DNA of 64,000 bases from an uncultured Verrucomicrobiae bacterium (GTDB lineage Bacteria; Chlamydiota; Chlamydiia; Chlamydiales; Rhabdochlamydiaceae): positions 448,001 to 512,000 of the forward strand of contig OY970364.1 in NCBI GenBank assembly GCA_963718565.1, given 5' to 3'. This document shows, piece after piece, positions 1 through 10,402 of the stretch. Position 1 is the first letter of the stretch. Every line of letters begins with the position of its first letter. The translations under genes and the position numbers were made by a program. The notes under the pieces were generated by a model. That model searched no databases. It was not told the DNA's origin and saw nothing but the letters and a program-made list of their open reading frames with translations.

Positions 1-936
1 CTGGTGACTTTTATCACTGGCAAATCGCGTTTACGCTCTTATGGCAGCATGCCTGCGATGAGCCCTCTTCGAGATCGCCCAGAAGCGTTGACGTTCTATA
101 CTTTATTTTATGGCGGAATCATCGTTTGCATTGGGGCGTTGCTATTTCTCTTTCGTTTTCCTGGAGAAACAGATCTTATTTTGACGATTGCATCGCTTGC
201 AATCCTAATCGTTGTCATTTATTTTCTGCTCAAAGAAAAGCCTGCTCAGCGAAATAAAATGATCGCTTGTTTGATCCTAATTTTGATTTCTGTTGGCTTT
301 TGGGCAATCTATAATCAGACTTTTACTTCTCTAATGCTCTATGCAGACCGCAACATGAATAAAGAATTTCTCGGAATAACCATTGATGCGGAGTTTACTC
401 AGTTTTTCAACCCGTTTTTTATCGTACTGTTCAGTCCGATTTTGAGTCGGCTTTGGATCCTGCTACACAAAAACAAGCGCAATCTCTCCACACCTACAAA
501 GTTTTCCTTAGGTGTTCTTTTCATGGCGCTTGGTTTCTTTTTCTTAGGGTGTGGAGGCGTCTATTTTGGTCAAAATGGAGAAACTTCGTCTTATTGGTTG
601 ATGGGCAGCTATCTCTTACAGACCATTGGCGAGTTGCTGCTTTCGCCGATTGGTCTTGCCATGATCACGACATTAAGTCCCAAACATCTTGTGGGAATGA
701 TGATGGGTGTTTGGTGTTTGACTCAAGCCGCAGCCTTTGCTATAGGGGGAGGGCTTGCGACGTTATCTTCTATCCCTACAAATACGCCAGCAGTAGCTGC
801 TCTTAGAATTTATGATAAGGCCTTTTTTATCTATGGTGGACTTTCTTTGCTTCTTGCCATTTTAAGCTTCACTCTGATCCCTTACTTGAAAAGGCTCATT
901 CATGGACCAGATGTCGTCAAAACACCGAAACTTTAG
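1..936 (+). CDS. POT/PTR-family proton-dependent oligopeptide transporter (5' part outside window)
   Basis: Many TM helices; motifs FWAIYNQTFTSL, QFFNPFFI, TIGELLLSPIGL, GMMMGVW; paralogous to 54698-55993. Confidence 0.85.
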   Translation: MVTFITGKSRLRSYGSMPAMSPLRDRPEALTFYTLFYGGIIVCIGALLFLFRFPGETDLILTIASLAILIVVIYFLLKEKPAQRNKMIACLILILISVGFWAIYNQTFTSLMLYADRNMNKEFLGITIDAEFTQFFNPFFIVLFSPILSRLWILLHKNKRNLSTPTKFSLGVLFMALGFFFLGCGGVYFGQNGETSSYWLMGSYLLQTIGELLLSPIGLAMITTLSPKHLVGMMMGVWCLTQAAAFAIGGGLATLSSIPTNTPAVAALRIYDKAFFIYGGLSLLLAILSFTLIPYLKRLIHGPDVVKTPKL

Positions 937-1005
937 AGGGTATAATGGTCCCCAAAATTTAGACCACTGTCTAAGCTAATATCCTCCCAATGCGAGGAGG
1001 CCAAA

Positions 1006-1296
1006 ATGGCCAAAACAAAAAAACAATATTCACCGGAGTTCAAGCTCAAAGTAGTACTAGAAGTGCTCAAGGGTGAGAAGACAGCAACCCAACTCGCTGG
1101 CGAGTTGGGGGTACATCCCGTAGTTCTGTCGGAATGGAAAAAACAATTTATTGAGGCAGGACCTCAGATTTTTGTAAAGACCAGGAGGTCTAGGGATACA
1201 GCAGAGGGCAAAGAAAAGGCCGAACTGTTCGAACAGATTGGAAGACTCAAGATGGAGAACGAGTGGCTTAAAAAAAAATTGGGGGCTTTGACCTGA
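1006..1296 (+). CDS. IS3 transposase OrfA (HTH)
   Basis: YSPEFKLKVVLE...LAGELGVHP...W HTH; RBS GAGGAGG upstream; A9 run at 1270-1278. Confidence 0.9.
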   Translation: MAKTKKQYSPEFKLKVVLEVLKGEKTATQLAGELGVHPVVLSEWKKQFIEAGPQIFVKTRRSRDTAEGKEKAELFEQIGRLKMENEWLKKKLGALT

Positions 1297-2117
1297 ATGA
1301 AAAACGGGCACTCATTGAACCTCACGATATCAAATTTTCCCAAAGAGCACAGTGTAAGCTCCTCGGAGTATGTCGATCTGGATTGTACTACGAGCCACAG
1401 CAGCCTGGTGAAGAAGACTTGCGACTCATGTGCGCAATCGACAAACAGTACCTCGAAACCCCCTATTATGGGAGGCGTCGAATGACAGTGGCAATGAGAA
1501 AACTAGGATTTGTCGTGGGACAGAAAAAAGTGCGAACAGCGATGCAGGTGATGGGGATAGAGGCGATCTATCCAAAGCCGAACCTGAGCGCTGGGAATAA
1601 ACAGCATAAAAAGTTCCCGTATTTACTGAGGGGCCTAATTGTTGATCGTTCCGATCAAGCTTGGGCAGCTGACATCACTTACATTCCATTAACAAAAGGA
1701 TTCGGATATCTGTTTGCAATCATAGACTGGTATAGTCGGTACGTGATTGAGTGGGAGCTCTCAAATCTGCTTGATACAGAATTTTGCATGGAGGCATTGC
1801 AAAGGAGTCTTTGGCAAAAAAGACCTGAGATATTTAATACTGATCAAGGTGTGCAGTTTACGAGTAGTCAATTCACCGGGAAACTTGAAGAGAATGGGAT
1901 TAAAATCAGTATGGACGGGAAGGGTCGAGCTCTTGATAACGTGTTTATTGAGAGGCTGTGGAGAAGCGTGAAGTATGAAGAAATTTACCCGAAAGGATAC
2001 GAGAGCATGAAAGAGGTTCGATCGGGGCTGAAAAAGTACTTTGAGTTTTACAACAACAAGCGACCCCATCAGGGTCTCGATTATCGAACCCCAGCAGAGG
2101 TGTATTATGGGACATAA
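1272..2117 (+). CDS. IS3 transposase OrfB (DDE integrase core), fused to OrfA by -1 frameshift
   Basis: The -1 frame is open from 1272 (KKIGGFDL...QCKLLGVCRSGLYY); motifs WAADITY, NTDQGVQFTS, DNVFIERLWRSVKYE. Confidence 0.9.
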   Translation, partial: KKIGGFDLNEKRALIEPHDIKFSQRAQCKLLGVCRSGLYYEPQQPGEEDLRLMCAIDKQYLETPYYGRRRMTVAMRKLGFVVGQKKVRTAMQVMGIEAIYPKPNLSAGNKQHKKFPYLLRGLIVDRSDQAWAADITYIPLTKGFGYLFAIIDWYSRYVIEWELSNLLDTEFCMEALQRSLWQKRPEIFNTDQGVQFTSSQFTGKLEENGIKISMDGKGRALDNVFIERLWRSVKYEEIYPKGYESMKEVRSGLKKYFEFYNNKRPHQGLDYRTPAEVYYGT

Positions 2118-2276
2118 GAAAAAGAAAGGGGCTTTGCCCCTTGAACCCCAGCAAAGGGCTGACTGCCCTTTGCAAACCCGTGGGCTTTTGTATAGGGCCC
2201 TGGGAGTTAGATTAAACAACAGAGGAGATTAGCTTAGATTTCTCGATTTTTGGTCTAGACAAAAGGAACCACTTTA

Positions 2277-2310
2277 GGGAATTGCAAAACTCCTCGCCAG
2301 CAGAAAATCA
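2277..2310. repeat. Family A palindromic-element end, split by the IS3 (other part at 936-940)
   Basis: GGGAATTGCAAAACTCCTCGCCAGCAGAAAATC is the reverse complement of the right end of the 39130-39386 copy. Confidence 0.85.
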
Positions 2311-2369
2311 ACGCAGAGACGCAACGTCGCGGAGACGCAAAGGGGGAATTATAGTGGACCCCATCAGCT

Positions 2370-2471
2370 TATGGGTAATAAGATGCGTATGCGTGCCCAT
2401 GCCCGATAATGGGAGGAAGCACTTTTCGGGCACGGGCAAGGGCACGCACACGGGCACGAAGAAGAGGTCTA
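2370..2471. repeat. Family B dispersed repeat (GGGCAC-rich hairpin)
   Basis: Closely similar to 57775-57860: TATGGGTAATA...GTGCCC...GGAAGCACTTTT..CGGGCAC...GAAGAAGAGGTCTA. Confidence 0.85.
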
Positions 2472-2489
2472 ATAAACCCAAAACTCAGG

Positions 2490-3248
2490 TTATTCAGGTT
2501 CCCCAACTTCGCCGAATAACCCTTTGAAAGGGGATAGGAATTGCTGAACTGGGTTGGCAGGTTGATTCATCAACTCTTGAAGCATGTTTTTAAGGTTTTC
2601 TTTAATGAAAACTTGCTTGAGCATTTCGCCAAGTACAGAATTAGTAATTTGGTCCATAGGAAGTCCACCCTCGCTGCTGATCTCAGTGAGCTCCATTCGG
2701 GGAATCGTAGGTAATTTTCTGACCTTCCCACCCTCTTTTTTATAAACGACATCGACGTTGATATTCGTGAGAACAATGCGATGGATGAGGACTGATCGTT
2801 CTGTGCCTTGAGGGGGAGTTTCTCCCTTTTTCTTGTTGACTTGGCCAGCTGTCGACGATTGAATATTATTCATAATCGTCGTCCAATTACCTTTTGTACT
2901 TGATGCTGACTCAAATTCGAGGCCGAGATAAACATCGTTTAAATCGATCTCGTCGATCACAATATGCTTATTGAGATAGCGTGTGAATGGTGCATTGACA
3001 TCAATTTCATTGCAAGAAAAGGCTTTGGATAACATGGAATTAGGGGGATTGCCAATTTCAATCTTTTTTAAATCGATTTTTCCCCATCCCAGGCCAATGC
3101 TGTCAATGGCAACAGACACTTTCATTTTTTTGGAAAGATTGTTAGCTAACATATCAGGGACCCTTGACCACAAAACGAAGCCCGCAATCACAGCGGCCAA
3201 AATAATAATGACGATTAGGCCGGCAAGGGTGGAGAAAAAAACCTTCAT
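2490..3248 (-). CDS. Membrane-anchored AsmA-like/DUF748-like protein
   Basis: 252 aa; N-terminal TM anchor followed by a beta-rich region (HIVIDEIDL...GNWTTI). Confidence 0.55.
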   Translation of the reverse strand: MKVFFSTLAGLIVIIILAAVIAGFVLWSRVPDMLANNLSKKMKVSVAIDSIGLGWGKIDLKKIEIGNPPNSMLSKAFSCNEIDVNAPFTRYLNKHIVIDEIDLNDVYLGLEFESASSTKGNWTTIMNNIQSSTAGQVNKKKGETPPQGTERSVLIHRIVLTNINVDVVYKKEGGKVRKLPTIPRMELTEISSEGGLPMDQITNSVLGEMLKQVFIKENLKNMLQELMNQPANPVQQFLSPFKGLFGEVGEPE

Positions 3249-3266
3249 ATTATCCTCATCAACTCT

Positions 3267-3448
3267 GAGGGAATTGCAAAACTCTTCGCCGCATAAAATC
3301 GCGCTTTTGGCACACGTCGCCTTGGCGGCAGCTCTCCTATTTATCCAAGTATGCTTTCGCCGCCGCCAACCGAACCCGCTATGCGGGTTCTAGCAACAGG
3401 TGCCAAAATCATCGATTTTCTGCTGGCGAAGAGTTTTGCAATTCCCTC
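3267..3448. mobile_element. Family A MITE-like element, 182 bp
   Basis: Perfect 24-bp TIR GAGGGAATTGCAAAACTCTTCGCC; flanked by 4-bp direct repeat CTCT (3263-3266 and 3449-3452). Confidence 0.9.
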
Positions 3449-3498
3449 CTCTTTTATTTTTTAAAGTATTTAAAAAAAAGATTTTCATCAAGAGAAGT

Positions 3499-3532
3499 AA
3501 AAAAGGCGCTCGAATGGAGCGCCCTTATTTTT
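3499..3532 (-). terminator. Intrinsic terminator of groES-groEL
   Basis: Stem GGCGCTC/GAGCGCC (3505-3523) with A/T tracts on both sides, just past the groEL stop. Confidence 0.7.
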
Positions 3533-3551
3533 TCTTTAAGGAGAAATCGGT

Positions 3552-5177
<1,626 letters not shown>

Positions 5178-5195
5178 TCAAAACTCCCTTAAGGC

Positions 5196-5504
5196 TTAGT
5201 TGATAATTGCAATGATGTCATCGGCGCGTAAAATGACGAATTCCTCATCATCGATCGTCACTTCTTGTCCGGAATATTTATCCATCAGGATTGTATCCCC
5301 CGCTTTGACGGGGATAGGGATCTCTTTACCTTCTGCTGTTGTGGCGCCTGTCCCAATTGCGACTACTTTTGCAGTTTCTTGTTTTTTCTTCGCTGTATCG
5401 GGAAGAATAATGCCGCCTCTCAATGTTTCTTCTTGTTCAATGCGGTGGACAAGAACTCGATTTCCAAGAGGCTTGAGTGTCAGTTTCTTGGTAGTTTGTG
5501 CCAT
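5196..5504 (-). CDS. groES: Co-chaperonin GroES
   Basis: LKPLGNRVLV, GGIILPDTAK; directly upstream of groEL. Confidence 0.99.
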   Translation of the reverse strand: MAQTTKKLTLKPLGNRVLVHRIEQEETLRGGIILPDTAKKKQETAKVVAIGTGATTAEGKEIPIPVKAGDTILMDKYSGQEVTIDDEEFVILRADDIIAIIN

Positions 5505-5611
5505 CTTTTCATCTCCTTTTTTAAGAAATGTCCCTTAAACCTTATTCCTATTCTATTAAATAGAAATTTACCCACATTGTATGCCCTAGGTGGATTTTTG
5601 ACAAGGAGAAA

Positions 5612-5638
5612 TTAGCAGATCGGGGCTTTGAGTGCTAA
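5612..5638 (-). promoter_or_regulatory. CIRCE element (HrcA operator)
   Basis: Minus strand TTAGCACTC-N9-ATCTGCTAA versus consensus TTAGCACTC-N9-GAGTGCTAA, upstream of groES. Confidence 0.85.
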
Positions 5639-5684
5639 GCAGGTATGAAAAATATTTTTAACCTGAATAATGGGTTTGATTGCC

Positions 5685-5828
5685 TCAAAATCTACGACAA
5701 TCTACAGCAATTGTAACAAGCTGCTGCTGCTTTTCCGTCAACGGATCAAGCTGTTCTTCCAGCTGAGGAAAAAGTGTTTCTTGAATTTTGCTCCAATACT
5801 GTGATAACGTAGCTGTCAATTGACTCAT
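5685..5828 (-). pseudogene. Truncated transposase N-terminus (IS5/IS1182-like), 47 aa
   Basis: Hand translation MSQLTATLSQYWSKIQETLFPQLEEQLDPLTEKQQQLVTI..., with RBS AAAGGA; resembles the LSQYW..IQ..LFP.LEE.L.PLTEK N-terminus of some DDE transposases (recalled, not searched). Confidence 0.6.
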
Positions 5829-5933
5829 TTGAGTTGTTCCTTTGGCTGATGTGGTGTGTTTTCCAAGAGGACATCATATCAGCCATAAGGATTTTTGCAT
5901 TGGTAAATGGAGGCAGAATCGCAGCCATTTTTC

Positions 5934-6046
5934 TAGCGAATTGCGAGATTGACAAAACGGGGTGATTTTCTGGGGGAAATTATTTAGCTAATCAGCTTAA
6001 TCTCCCCCAGGAAATCACCCCGTTTTGTTAGTTTTGCAATTCCCTC
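5934..6046 (-). mobile_element. Family A terminus plus long internal hairpin; probable left end of the IS remnant
   Basis: Minus strand starts GAGGGAATTGCAAAACT at 6046; stem ACAAAACGGGGTGATTT.CTGGGGGA pairs with TCCCCCAG.AAATCACCCCGTTTTGT (about 5952-6028). Confidence 0.75.
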
Positions 6047-6071
6047 TAAATTCATCAGGAGTATAGAAATT

Positions 6072-7910
6072 ATGACAGCCGCCCAATCCTCCATGCCTAT
6101 AGAAAGGACACAAGAGCGTACTGAAACTGCAAAAAAATATCATTGGAACGTAGAAGCGCTCTACCCTTCTTGGGAGGCTTGGCAGCAAGATCTAGAAATG
6201 TGGGGAAGAGAAGAGAAAGAACCTCATTGGCCGGAATTGATCCCTTTTCGTCAAATTTGGATGCAAAAACCTGAGAATCTTAAGGCACTCATTGCACTTT
6301 GCTTGGATATTGATCGCCATCTTTCCAAACTTTATACCTATGCGCATTTGCGCCATGACGAGGATGTTGCAGAAGAAACGGCAAAAAAGGCGCATTCGCG
6401 GGTTGTTTCATTGCTTTACGCATTCCGTCAAGAAACAGCCTGGATTGAGCCTGAGATGTTACAACTTCCTGAAGAAGCATTGAACAAGATCATCCAATCT
6501 CCTATCCTTAAAGATTATGCTTTTTATCTTGAAAAGATTGTGCGTCTAAAAAAGCATACATTGCCGGCTCCTGAAGAAGAACTGTTGGCGATGGCAGGAA
6601 AGTCCTTGGAAACGGCCTCTCAGGCTTTTGGCGCATTTAATAATGCAGATTTAAAATTTCCCTCCATTGAAGACAGTCAAGGAAAAATCCGCGAGCTTAC
6701 CCATGGAAAATATTTGCTTTATTTGCGTGATAAGGATCGCAAATTGCGTGAAGGGACTTTTAGATCTTTACATCAGAGTTTTGCCGCGTTTGAAAATACG
6801 CTATGCGAGCTATTATCAGGGCAAATTCAACGCCACGTTCTAGAAATGCGGGCCCGTAAGTACGCATCTTGCCTCGAAACGGCTTTGTTCCCCAATCAAA
6901 TCGACGTTAAGGTCTATTCAGCGTTGATCCAGGCAGTTCGCGCCCATCTTCCCGCCCTGCATCGTTATATGTATTTGCGTAAAGAGGCGATGGGTTTGAG
7001 CCAATTGCATCTTTTCGACCTCCATGTTCCCCTCGTTAAAGAGGTTGAGATGGGAATGTCTTATGAAGATGCCACAAAATTGATTGTCGAATCCGTGACT
7101 ATATTAGGGGAAGATTATCAACGCGCTTTAAATCAGGGGTTGACGCAAGAGCGTTGGGTAGATCGTTACGAGAATGCCCGCAAGAGATCGGGTGCTTATT
7201 CCAGCGGTTGCTACGACAGCATGCCTTATATCCTAATGAATTATCAAGGCACCTTTAGTGACGTGATGACTTTGACTCATGAAGCAGGCCACAGTATGCA
7301 TTCATTGCTGAGTCGTCGCAACCAGCCTTATCATTATTCTCAATATTCTATTTTTGTCGCAGAGGTGGCATCGACATTTCACGAAGAGCTTTTTTTGCGC
7401 CATCTTCTCACTCAAGTCAAGAGCAAGGAGCAGAAAGCGTTTTTGATCAATCAAAAGTTAGACGATATGCGAGCGACTTTGCTTCGTCAAACGATGTTTG
7501 CTGAATTTGAACTTAAGCTTCATCATTTCGCCGAACAGGGGGCACCCCTAACTCCTGCTTTGCTCAAGACAGAATATCGCAAACTTAACGAGGAGTACTT
7601 CGGCCCTGATGTTTACATAGACGAAGAGGCGGATATCGAATGGGCTCGCATCCCACATTTTTATTACAATTTTTATGTGTATCAATATGCGACAGGAATT
7701 AGTGCGGCTCATGCTTTAGTCGATAAAGTATTGAAAGGGGGAGAAAAGGCTAGAGAAGATTACTTAAAGTTTTTATCTTCAGGTTGCAGTCGATATCCCA
7801 TCGAAGTGCTCGAACTTGCCGGAGTGGATATGCGCACGCCGCAACCTGTGGAGTCTGCTATGCGGCACTTTGATGAGCTAGTGTCAGAGCTTGCTGAACT
7901 ACTGCGCTAG
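6072..7910 (+). CDS. pepF: Oligoendopeptidase F (M3B)
   Basis: 612 aa; KRSGAYS, HEAGH zinc motif, FVAEVAS, WARIPHFY, YVYQYATG. Confidence 0.95.
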   Translation: MTAAQSSMPIERTQERTETAKKYHWNVEALYPSWEAWQQDLEMWGREEKEPHWPELIPFRQIWMQKPENLKALIALCLDIDRHLSKLYTYAHLRHDEDVAEETAKKAHSRVVSLLYAFRQETAWIEPEMLQLPEEALNKIIQSPILKDYAFYLEKIVRLKKHTLPAPEEELLAMAGKSLETASQAFGAFNNADLKFPSIEDSQGKIRELTHGKYLLYLRDKDRKLREGTFRSLHQSFAAFENTLCELLSGQIQRHVLEMRARKYASCLETALFPNQIDVKVYSALIQAVRAHLPALHRYMYLRKEAMGLSQLHLFDLHVPLVKEVEMGMSYEDATKLIVESVTILGEDYQRALNQGLTQERWVDRYENARKRSGAYSSGCYDSMPYILMNYQGTFSDVMTLTHEAGHSMHSLLSRRNQPYHYSQYSIFVAEVASTFHEELFLRHLLTQVKSKEQKAFLINQKLDDMRATLLRQTMFAEFELKLHHFAEQGAPLTPALLKTEYRKLNEEYFGPDVYIDEEADIEWARIPHFYYNFYVYQYATGISAAHALVDKVLKGGEKAREDYLKFLSSGCSRYPIEVLELAGVDMRTPQPVESAMRHFDELVSELAELLR

Positions 7911-8572
7911 GGAAGGGGAAGCGCAGAAGGCGGAGTCACAATCATTTGTCGCCATCTATCCGCCAATTCTAGCGTGTTTGGCATACCGTCCTGTTTCAGT
8001 GAAAGCCATGTATGCTCAGCGAGTGCTAACACATCCTTGCTATCCTTATTGTACAGCCTGTAGGAAGGGTTTACGCTGCTCAAGGGAATCGAAAAAACAG
8101 GTTTGCCATCAAAGGCCATTCCCAATACTTCTTGCTGATCTGATAACTCTTTCCCAAGTTTAGGATGGATGTATAACGTTGTTCTCAGTTTGTCATAAAT
8201 AAACAATGTAGCGTTGCCTAGAATAGGCACTAATGGGATGATGCCGCGCACACCATTTTTAAATGCATTCCAAAATTCGCTGTTTTTATTGAAGCAAGTT
8301 TTCTCCCAAATTTCCAGAAACATGACTTTAGTTGCTTCTATGATTCTGGTAACAGCATGCAAAAAGTTAAGAGGAGAATAGCCCATTGAATTCTCAACTT
8401 GTTCGTCCACGACTTCTACATGGCCTCTAGCCTTTAAGAAAATAGTGACGACATCCGGTCGATATGGAGTCCCAGTATAACACCCGTGATATTTAGTATA
8501 GTCTAAAGGTGGATTAGTAAAGTCTAAAGGCGCCAAGTAGTTGTTAGAATTTGTTTGAGTTATTGTTGTCAT
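7907..8572 (-). CDS. Hypothetical protein
   Basis: Long ORF; start at 8572 has a GAGG RBS; short hydrophobic stretch VRGIIPLVPILGN. Confidence 0.65.
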   Translation of the reverse strand: MTTITQTNSNNYLAPLDFTNPPLDYTKYHGCYTGTPYRPDVVTIFLKARGHVEVVDEQVENSMGYSPLNFLHAVTRIIEATKVMFLEIWEKTCFNKNSEFWNAFKNGVRGIIPLVPILGNATLFIYDKLRTTLYIHPKLGKELSDQQEVLGMAFDGKPVFSIPLSSVNPSYRLYNKDSKDVLALAEHTWLSLKQDGMPNTLELADRWRQMIVTPPSALPLP

Positions 8573-8797
8573 TTTAACCTCGCATGAATAATTGAAAAAT
8601 ATTCGGAACATTATTGCGCTTAGCCTGTTATAAGCAAATAGAAATGTTTTTTTAGGATGTTCTCTGAATGCGCGGAGTTCTCTCCGGAAATGCCGTGTTT
8701 GATTTCTTAATTTTTTTTAAAAATCATGTTGCAAAAAAATAAATAGAGCGGTATCTCCTTTTGAGGATATTTTAAGACAATCTATTGCCGCTAGACA

Positions 8798-9076
8798 ATG
8801 AGCAAAAAATATAAAGATTCTTTTATCGTGGTTAATGAAAAGGGGCTGCACACTCGTCCCTCTACAGAGCTTGTCAAATGCGCGACGACTTTTAAATCGC
8901 AAGTCATGTTGACTTATCAAAGTTACACTGTCAACGCAAAGTCTCTACTTGGGATTTTAATGCTTGCCGCATCTCGCGGAGCCAAGATCCAAGTTGCTGC
9001 TGAAGGAGAGGATGCTGAAGAGGCAGTCAAATCGATCCTCAATCTGGCTCGAAACAAGTTTAACATTAAATATTAG
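8798..9076 (+). CDS. ptsH: Phosphocarrier protein HPr
   Basis: GLHTRPS (His15 site) and NAKSLLGIL (Ser46 site). Confidence 0.95.
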   Translation: MSKKYKDSFIVVNEKGLHTRPSTELVKCATTFKSQVMLTYQSYTVNAKSLLGILMLAASRGAKIQVAAEGEDAEEAVKSILNLARNKFNIKY

Positions 9077-9202
9077 AGGGAATTGCAAAACTATACCGCG
9101 CGCAGGAAGGTTTTGTGAATTTGGACTAGAGCGAGGCAAAGCCGCAGCCAGTCTAAATTCACAAAACCTAACGGAGCGCGGTATAATTTTCGCGATTTAC
9201 TC
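9076..9202. mobile_element. Family A ends enclosing a 94-bp TATACC...GGTATA hairpin element (9092-9185)
   Basis: Left end GAGGGAATTGCAAAAC, degenerate right end; inner TATACCGCGC/GCGCGGTATA and GGTTTTGTGAATTT.GACT/AGTC.AAATTCACAAAACC stems. Confidence 0.75.
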
Positions 9203-9610
9203 TTCGACTGCAACAGCTTTCTCCAGAATTTCTTTTCGGCAAAAAACAGGGATATTGTTTAGAAGTGCCAGCGTGATGCAATCACTTGGTCTTGCATCGA
9301 TTTCAAGGATAGTTTTCTGCTCTCCGATTTGCTGTTCGAGGTAGAGCCGAGCAAAATAGATGGTATCTTCAATATCGGTGATGACAATCTGAAGGGGTTT
9401 GATGTTAAATCCCCGGAGAATGGCATTGATCAGATCGTGGGTATACGGGCGGGGTTTATTTTCTTCGGTCAAGTAGATTTGAATATTGCGCCCTACAGAA
9501 GGATCGGTGTAAATGGCAAAGCGCTTTTGATCGGTGCCCAAGATGATCACTGTATAGGAACGGGACTGCATGATTTTGTTAAATGTGATGGGGACCAATT
9601 CTGAGGCCAT
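9197..9610 (-). CDS. Bifunctional nuclease family (DUF151) protein
   Basis: PRPYTHDL, YFARLYL, IDARPSDCITLAL motifs. Confidence 0.9.
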   Translation of the reverse strand: MASELVPITFNKIMQSRSYTVIILGTDQKRFAIYTDPSVGRNIQIYLTEENKPRPYTHDLINAILRGFNIKPLQIVITDIEDTIYFARLYLEQQIGEQKTILEIDARPSDCITLALLNNIPVFCRKEILEKAVAVEE

Positions 9611-9625
9611 ATTTCCTTCACTTTA

Positions 9626-9671
9626 AGAGTGTGTTAACGGATTTTGTTAACAAAATCCGTTAACACACTCT
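9626..9671. repeat. 46-bp perfect loopless palindrome
   Basis: AGAGTGTGTTAACGGATTTTGTT|AACAAAATCCGTTAACACACTCT. Confidence 0.95.
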
Positions 9672-10350
9672 AAGGCTTAATTACAACTTGACCATCGGCA
9701 AAGCCAATGATCACTCTTCCCGCTAGGTTAAAGAAGAAACCTGTATCTACGACTCCTGGCATATGGAGCAATGCCTCGTGATCTTGTTCAGGATTTTTTC
9801 GCAGCGTATCAAAATGAATATCGATCAATAAATTGCCGTTATCGGTAACAAACAGATTTCCATCGATTTTTCTTCGAAATTCTCCCTTGTAACCTGCTTT
9901 GCTGATGTGATGTAAAATCGCATTTCTCGCAAAAGGCAGGATCTCTACGGGCAAATTGTGTTTTCCCAAGGTCGTGACAAGTTTGCTCTCATCGATGATG
10001 ACGATCATCTCGCGGCTCATCGTCGCAACAATCTTCTCGCGGACATGAGCCCCACCGCCGCCCTTGATCATTCTCTTTTGCGGATCGATTTCATCAGCAC
10101 CATCGACGGTCAAATCCAAAGCTGTAACTGTATCGATATCGAGCAAGGAGATATTTCCAGCTTTAGCTTGCCGGAACGATTGCTCTGAACTCGCAATGGC
10201 ACGAATTTTAAGGCCGTCTTTGCATCTTTGAATCAATCGTTCGATGAAAAAAAAGACAGTCGAACCCGTTCCCAATCCGATGTGCATTCCATTTTCAATC
10301 AGCTCCGCCGCTTTGTACGCGACTGCTTTTTTTATCGCATTTGTAGACAT
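9670..10350 (-). CDS. rpiA: Ribose-5-phosphate isomerase A
   Basis: GLGTGSTV, DGADE, IKGGGGA; likely start MSTNAIKK at 10350. Confidence 0.97.
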   Translation of the reverse strand: MSTNAIKKAVAYKAAELIENGMHIGLGTGSTVFFFIERLIQRCKDGLKIRAIASSEQSFRQAKAGNISLLDIDTVTALDLTVDGADEIDPQKRMIKGGGGAHVREKIVATMSREMIVIIDESKLVTTLGKHNLPVEILPFARNAILHHISKAGYKGEFRRKIDGNLFVTDNGNLLIDIHFDTLRKNPEQDHEALLHMPGVVDTGFFFNLAGRVIIGFADGQVVIKP

Positions 10351-10402
10351 GAGAAATGAAAAAGGATATAACGATTTATCTAATCTGATCTTTGAAAAAA
10401 CC

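Larger units (their letters stand above)
941..2276 (+). mobile_element. IS3-family insertion sequence, apparently complete
   Basis: Imperfect terminal IRs TATAATGGTCCCCAAAATTTAGACCA (941-966) and TGGTCTAGACAAAAGGAACCACTTTA (2251-2276); 3-bp direct repeat GGG (938-940 and 2277-2279); orfA/orfB layout. Confidence 0.9.

Noticed and set aside
2127..2205. GC-rich hairpins after IS3 orfB as a separate ncRNA
   Set aside because: They lie inside the IS ends and have no second copy in the window; most simply part of the IS 3' region.
2282..3393. ORFs 2282-2527 and 2983-3393 (also 8957-9344, 39036-39543, 51312-51701, 57683-57922)
   Set aside because: They are read-through of repeat elements or antisense to real genes; shared peptides such as RELQNSS and RGNCKT just reflect the TIR.
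5746..5955. 69-aa ORF from the track
   Set aside because: It starts within the repeat end; another frame (5685-5828) has an RBS and transposase-like sequence.
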